From Scyliorhinus canicula (Eukaryota), in contig NC_052157.1 in assembly GCF_902713615.1 (NCBI RefSeq), positions 84,323,411 through 84,387,410 on the forward strand: 64,000 nt of DNA. Reading direction: 5' to 3'. Position numbers and translations under genes: made by a program. The notes under the pieces are model-generated. The model had not been told where the DNA came from. It saw nothing but the letters and a program-made list of their open reading frames with translations, and did no database searches. Below, in pieces: positions 59,107 through 64,000 of the stretch (positions are counted from its first letter, which is position 1; every line of letters begins with the position of its first letter).

Positions 59107-61804
59107 GAATGATTGTTGCAGGTTCCGGCGTTTAGGTGTTATAGTAAGCTCAGAGAAGGGGGCAAAAGAGGGGGAGGTGTGGCGCTGCTAGTCAAGGACA
59201 GTATTACGGTGGCGGAAAGGATGCTAGATGGGGACGCTTCTTCCGAGGTAGTATGGGCTGAATTTAGAAACAGGAAACGAGAGGTCACCCTGTTGGGAGT
59301 TTTCTGTAGGCCACCTAATAGTTCTAGGGATTTAGAGGAAAGGATGGCGAAGATGATTCTGGAAAAGAGCGAAAGTAACAGGGTAGTTGTTATGGGAGAC
59401 TGTAACTTTCCAAATATTGACTGGAAAAGATATAGTTCGAGTACATTAGATGGGTCGTTCTTTGTACAATGTGTGCAGGAGGGTTTCCTGACACACTATG
59501 TTGACAGGCCAACAAGAGGCGAGGCCAAAATGGATTTTGTTTTGGGTAATGAACCAGGCCAGGTGTTAGATCTGGAGGTAGGTGAGCACTTTGGAAACAG
59601 TGACCACAATTCGGTGACCTTTACGTTAGTGATGGAAAGGGATAAGTATACCCCACAGGGCAAGAGTTATAGCTGGGGGAAGGGCAATTATGATGCCATT
59701 AGACATTACTTAGGATGTGTAGGTTGGAGAAGTAGGCTGCAAGGGTTGGGCACACTGGATATGTGGAGCTTGTTCAAGGAACAGCTTTGCATTTTCGTGA
59801 TAAGTACATACCAGTCAGGCAGGGAGGAAGGGGTCGAGCGAGGGAACCGTGGTTTACCAAAGAAGTGGAATCTCTTGTTAAGAGGAAGAAGGAGGCTTAT
59901 GTGAAGATGAGGCATGAAGTTTCAGTTGGGGCGCTTGATAGTTACAAGGAAGCGAGGAAGGATCTAAAGAGAGAGCTAATACGAGCAAGGAGGGGGCATG
60001 AGAAGTCTTTGGCAGGTAGGATCAAGGAAAACCCAAAAGCTTTCTATATGTATGTCAGGAATAAAATAATCACCAGGGTAAGAGTAGGGCCTGTCGAGGA
60101 CAGTGGTGGGAAGTTATGTGTGGAGGCTGAGGAGATAAGCGAGATACTAAATGAATATTTTTCTTCCGTATTCACTCAGGAATAAGATAATGTTGTGGAG
60201 GAGAATGCTGAGACCCAGGCTATTAGAATAGATGGCATTGAGGTGCGTAGGGAAGAAGTGTTGGCAATTCTGGACAAGGTGAAAATAGATAAGTCCCCGG
60301 GGCCTGATGGGATTTATCCTAGGATTCTCTGGGAAGCGAGGGAAGAGATTGCTGAGCCTTTGGCTTTGATTTTTATGTCATCATTGGCTACAGTAATAGT
60401 GCCAGGGGACTGGAGGATTGCAAATGTGGCCCCTTGGTTCAAGAAGGGGAGTAGAGATAACCCCGGTAACTATTGGCCGGTGATTTATAATCATCTAGAT
60501 AGGAATAATATGATTAGGGACAGTCAGCATGGTTTTGTGAAGGGTTGGTCATGCCTCACAAACGTTATCGGGTTCTTTGTTGAAGGTGACTGAACAGGTA
60601 GACGAGGGTAGAGCAGTTGATGTGGTGTATATGGATTTCAGGAAAGCGTTTGATAAGGTTCCCCAAGGTCGTCCATTGTAGAAAATACGGAGGCTGGGGA
60701 TTGAGGGTGATTTAGAGATGTGGATCAGAAATTGGCTAGTTGAAAGAAGACAGAGGGTGGTGGTTGATGGCAAATGTTCAGAATGGAGTTCAGTTACGAG
60801 TGGCGTACCACAAGGATCTGTTCTGGGGCCGTTGCTGTTAGTCATTTTTATAAATGACCTAGAGGAGGGTACAGAAGGTTGGGTGAGTAAATTTGCAGAC
60901 GACACTAAATTCGGTGGAGTTGTAGACAGTGTGGAAGGATGTTGCAGGTTACAGAGGGACATAGAAAAGCTGCAGAGCTGGGCTGAGAGGTGGCAAATGG
61001 AGTTTAATGTAGAGAAGTGTGTGGTGATTCACTTTGGAAAGAATATCAGGAATGCGGAATATTTGGCTAATGGTAAAATTCTTGGTAGTGTGGATGAGCA
61101 GAGGGATCTCGGTGTCCAGATACATAGATCCCTGAAAGTTGCCACCCAGGTTGATAGGGTTGTGAAGAAAGCCTATGGTGTGTTGGCCTTTATTGGTAGA
61201 GCGATTGAGTTCCAGAGCCATGAGGTCATGTTGCAGCTGTAAAAAACTCTGGTACGGCTGCATTTGGAGTATTGCGCCCAGTTCTGGTCGCCTCATCAAA
61301 GGAAGGACGTGGAAGCTTTGGAACGGGTGCAGAGGAGATTTACCAGGATGTTGCCTGGTATGGAGGGAAAATCTTATGAGGAAAGGTTGATGGACTTGAG
61401 GTTGTTTTCGTTAGAGAGAAGAAGGTTAAGAGGTGACTTAATAGAGGCATACAAAATGATCAGAGGGTTAGATAGGGTGGACAGCGAGAGCCTTCTCCCG
61501 CGGATGGAGGTGGCTAGCACGAGGGGACATAGCCTTAAATTGAGGGGTAATAGATATCGGACAGACGTCAGAGGTATGTTTTTTACGCGAAGAGTGGTGA
61601 GCCCGTGGAATGCCCTACCTGCAACAGGAGTGAAATCGCCAACATTGAGGGCATTAAAAAATTTATTGGATAAGCATATGGATGATTATGGCGTAGTGCA
61701 GGTTAGATGGCCTTTAGTTTTTTACTTCCCATGTCAGTGCAACATCGTGGGCCGAAGGGCCTGTACTGCGCTGTATCGTTCTATGTTCTATGTTCTATGT
61801 ACCC

Positions 61805-62080
61805 TTCGAGACTGTTGCGACCCACAGAGGGAGCACTGTACACATGTCCACGCGGCCGTCCACCCGCCCTCTCCCAATAACACAAACTGTACATCCCTGG
61901 ACACTCAGGGAAAATTAATCGGAGCCAGTCCATCTATCCCGCATATGTTTGGACTTTGGGAGGAAACCAGAGCACCCAGAGGAAACATACGCAACAGCGG
62001 GAGTATGTACAAACGCCACACAGACAACGATTCCTGTAATATGGTGCAGAGAGGCAACCGTATGACACACCGTGCCTCCG
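61805..62080 (-). mobile_element. Decayed V-SINE
   Basis: TTTGGACTTTGGGAGGAAACCAGAGCACCCAGAGGAAAC core. Confidence 0.65.
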
Positions 62081-62734
62081 TTTTCTCCTTTAATCTCTGC
62101 GCTAATCTTTGGTTTGTGTCAAATTAAGCGCCAGAATTTATAATTTGTTATGTGTGGTAGGCAGTATGTTTACGTTTCCATCAAGTCAACTGGAGTGTTT
62201 CGCAAAACGTTATGGAAAATTTCTTCCTGGAGTCTATGCATTAGTGTGCTAAAATATCCATGTGTTTACAGATTTTTCTTGCTGGTATTTGTAACAATTA
62301 AGCAAGCATAATTGCATAGAGACACCTGGGGTAGGTATTTTTGGCCGTCACCGCCCAGCAAGCAGAAAATCCCTCCCATGCTCGTTTTTTCTTCTCCCCA
62401 TATTTACTTTGCACATATTTTTGAAGACTGTCCATACCTTACAAAAAAGTAACTCATCCTGTTGCACTCGGCCTCAGGCTGAACAATTGCAAATTTCTTC
62501 TTGAATTACAAGGTTATGCTGAGAATAAAAACTGCCTGCCGCCACGTGTATGGCATTGAGACACCAGGTGCATGATGCTCAGCAGGAACAGTGGATGGAC
62601 ATATATCTTTCCAAAATAGATAACTCTAGCTCCGACATGACTTGGTAAACCTATTTTTTAATATAAATGTTTTTATTAGGTTCTTGAACTGATTTGGTAA
62701 ACCTGGCAGTGGATGGATTTTAGACTGCTAATAT

Positions 62735-62935
62735 TTGAAATTTTTCAATGAGAGTTGTACATTTGATTTTTTCCATTTAATGGGCAATTTAGCGTGGCCA
62801 ATCCACCAACGCTGAAAATCTTTCGATGTGGGTTCAAGACCCACGCAGATACGGGGAATGTGCAAACAGAATACGGACAGTGATTGGGCCATAATCAGGC
62901 ATGGGTTCTTCGGCAAGGCGACTAACCACTGTCCC
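62735..62935 (-). mobile_element. Decayed poly(A)-type V-SINE
   Basis: GGGCAATTTAGCGTGGCCAATCCACC..CTAACCACTG. Confidence 0.7.
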
Positions 62936-62957
62936 ATAGTTATGCAATATCGAATGT

Positions 62958-64000
62958 TTTAATAATGGGAAATGAGGAAATGGCTGAGGAACTGAACAGG
63001 TTTTTCGGGTCGGTCTTCACAGTGGAAGCCACAAATAACATACCAGCGACTGGTAGAAATTAGGCTATGACAGGTGAGGACCTTGAGAGGATTGTTATCA
63101 CTAAGGAGGTAGTGATGGGCAAGCTAATGGGGCAAAAGGTAGACAAGTCTCCTGGCCCTGATGGAATGCATCCCAGAGTGCTAAAAGAGATGGCTAGGAA
63201 AATTGCAGATGCACTAGTGATAATTTACCAAAAGTCACTAGATTCTGCCGTGGTCCCGGTGGATTGGAAATTAGCAAACGTGACACCACTGTTTAAAAAA
63301 GGAGGTAGGCAGAAAGCAGGAAATTATAGGCCAGTGAGCTTAACTTCGGTAGTAGGGAAGATGCTGGAATCTATTATCAAGGAAGAAATAGCGAGGCATC
63401 TGGATATAAATTGTCCCATTGGGCAGTCGCAGAATGGGTTCATAAAGGGCAGGTCATGCCTAACTAATTTAGTGGAATTTTATGAGGAAATTACCAGTGC
63501 AGTAGATAACGGGGACTCGGAGCCAATGGATGTGGTATATCTGGATTTCCAGAAAGCCTTTGACAAGTTGCCATACAAAAGGTTGCTGCATAAGTTAAAG
63601 ATGCATGGCATTAAGGGTAAAGTAGTAGCAGGGATAGAGGATTGGTTAATTAATAGAAAGCAAAGAGTGGGGATTAATGGGTGTTTCTCTGGTTGGAAAT
63701 CCGTCGCTTGTGGTGTCCCTCAGGGATCAGTGTTGGGCCCACAATTGTTCAAAATTTACATAGATGATTTGGAGTTGGGGACCAAGGGCAATGTGTCCAA
63801 GTTTGCAGATGACACTAATATGAGTGGAAAAGCGAAAAGTGCAGAGGATACTTGAAGTCTGCAGAGGGATTTGGATAGGTTAAGTGAATGGGCTAGGGCC
63901 TGGCAGATGGAATACAATGTTGACAAATGTGAGGTTATCCATTTTGGTAGGAATAACAGCAAATGGGATTATTATTTAAACGATAAAATATTAAAGCATG
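62958..64000 (+). mobile_element. CR1 family A ORF2 fragment, runs off the window
   Basis: ORF 63067-63855 (KSPGPDGMHPRVLKE..KFADDT) with a premature TGA at 63853. Confidence 0.95.

Larger units (their letters stand above)
56916..61800 (+). mobile_element. Full-length HER1-type CR1 LINE, inactivated
   Basis: Tandem 5' monomers, ORF1 (CSSC..CGKC zinc finger/leucine zipper plus SGNH esterase), ORF2 APE-RT, (GTTCTAT)n tail; several stops and frameshifts plus a SINE insertion. Confidence 0.93.
17250..62518 (-). pseudogene. Large unidentified multi-exon pseudogene (unprocessed)
   Basis: Minus-strand segments bounded by AG acceptors (many with a polypyrimidine tract) and GT donors, in non-repeat DNA: 62518-62438, 62325-62174, 56517-56333, 56051-55986, 55733-55674, 47541-47383, 47278-47201, 47036-46811, 44521-44275, 43500-43293, 43177-43076, 42980-42836, 42495-?, 40210-39801, 39683-39439, 35070-34832, 28444-28152, 28061-27896, 17945-17761, and a donor at 17249. 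Many carry in-frame stops. The product was not recognised. Confidence 0.55.

Overview
Eukaryotic, repeat-dominated DNA, almost certainly from an elasmobranch (shark): it carries many HE1-type V-SINEs together with their HER1/CR1 partner LINEs. I see no intact host gene and nothing prokaryotic. Most long ORFs in the track are retroelement ORFs or their antisense shadows. Young layer: at least four HER1-type CR1 LINEs (one full-length at 56916-61800, with a 131-bp octamer-bearing tandem 5' monomer), three copies of a second CR1 family, one full-length L1 with a 17-bp TSD (19240-24940) and about 20 SINEs. Old, heavily substituted layer, largely invisible to the ORF track: (i) a decayed gag-pro-pol provirus at about 3945-11035 with two RNase H-like domains (retrovirus-type architecture; lokiretrovirus-like or foamy-like candidate), interrupted by at least nine later insertions including a solo LTR with an ATAT TSD; (ii) a large unidentified multi-exon pseudogene on the minus strand (about 62.5 kb down to about 17.2 kb), recognised from AG/GT-bounded segments between the repeats; (iii) Gypsy, L2, L1 and CR1 remnants. 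All motif readings are manual translations. Family assignments come from motif recognition, not database searches, and boundaries of decayed elements are approximate.
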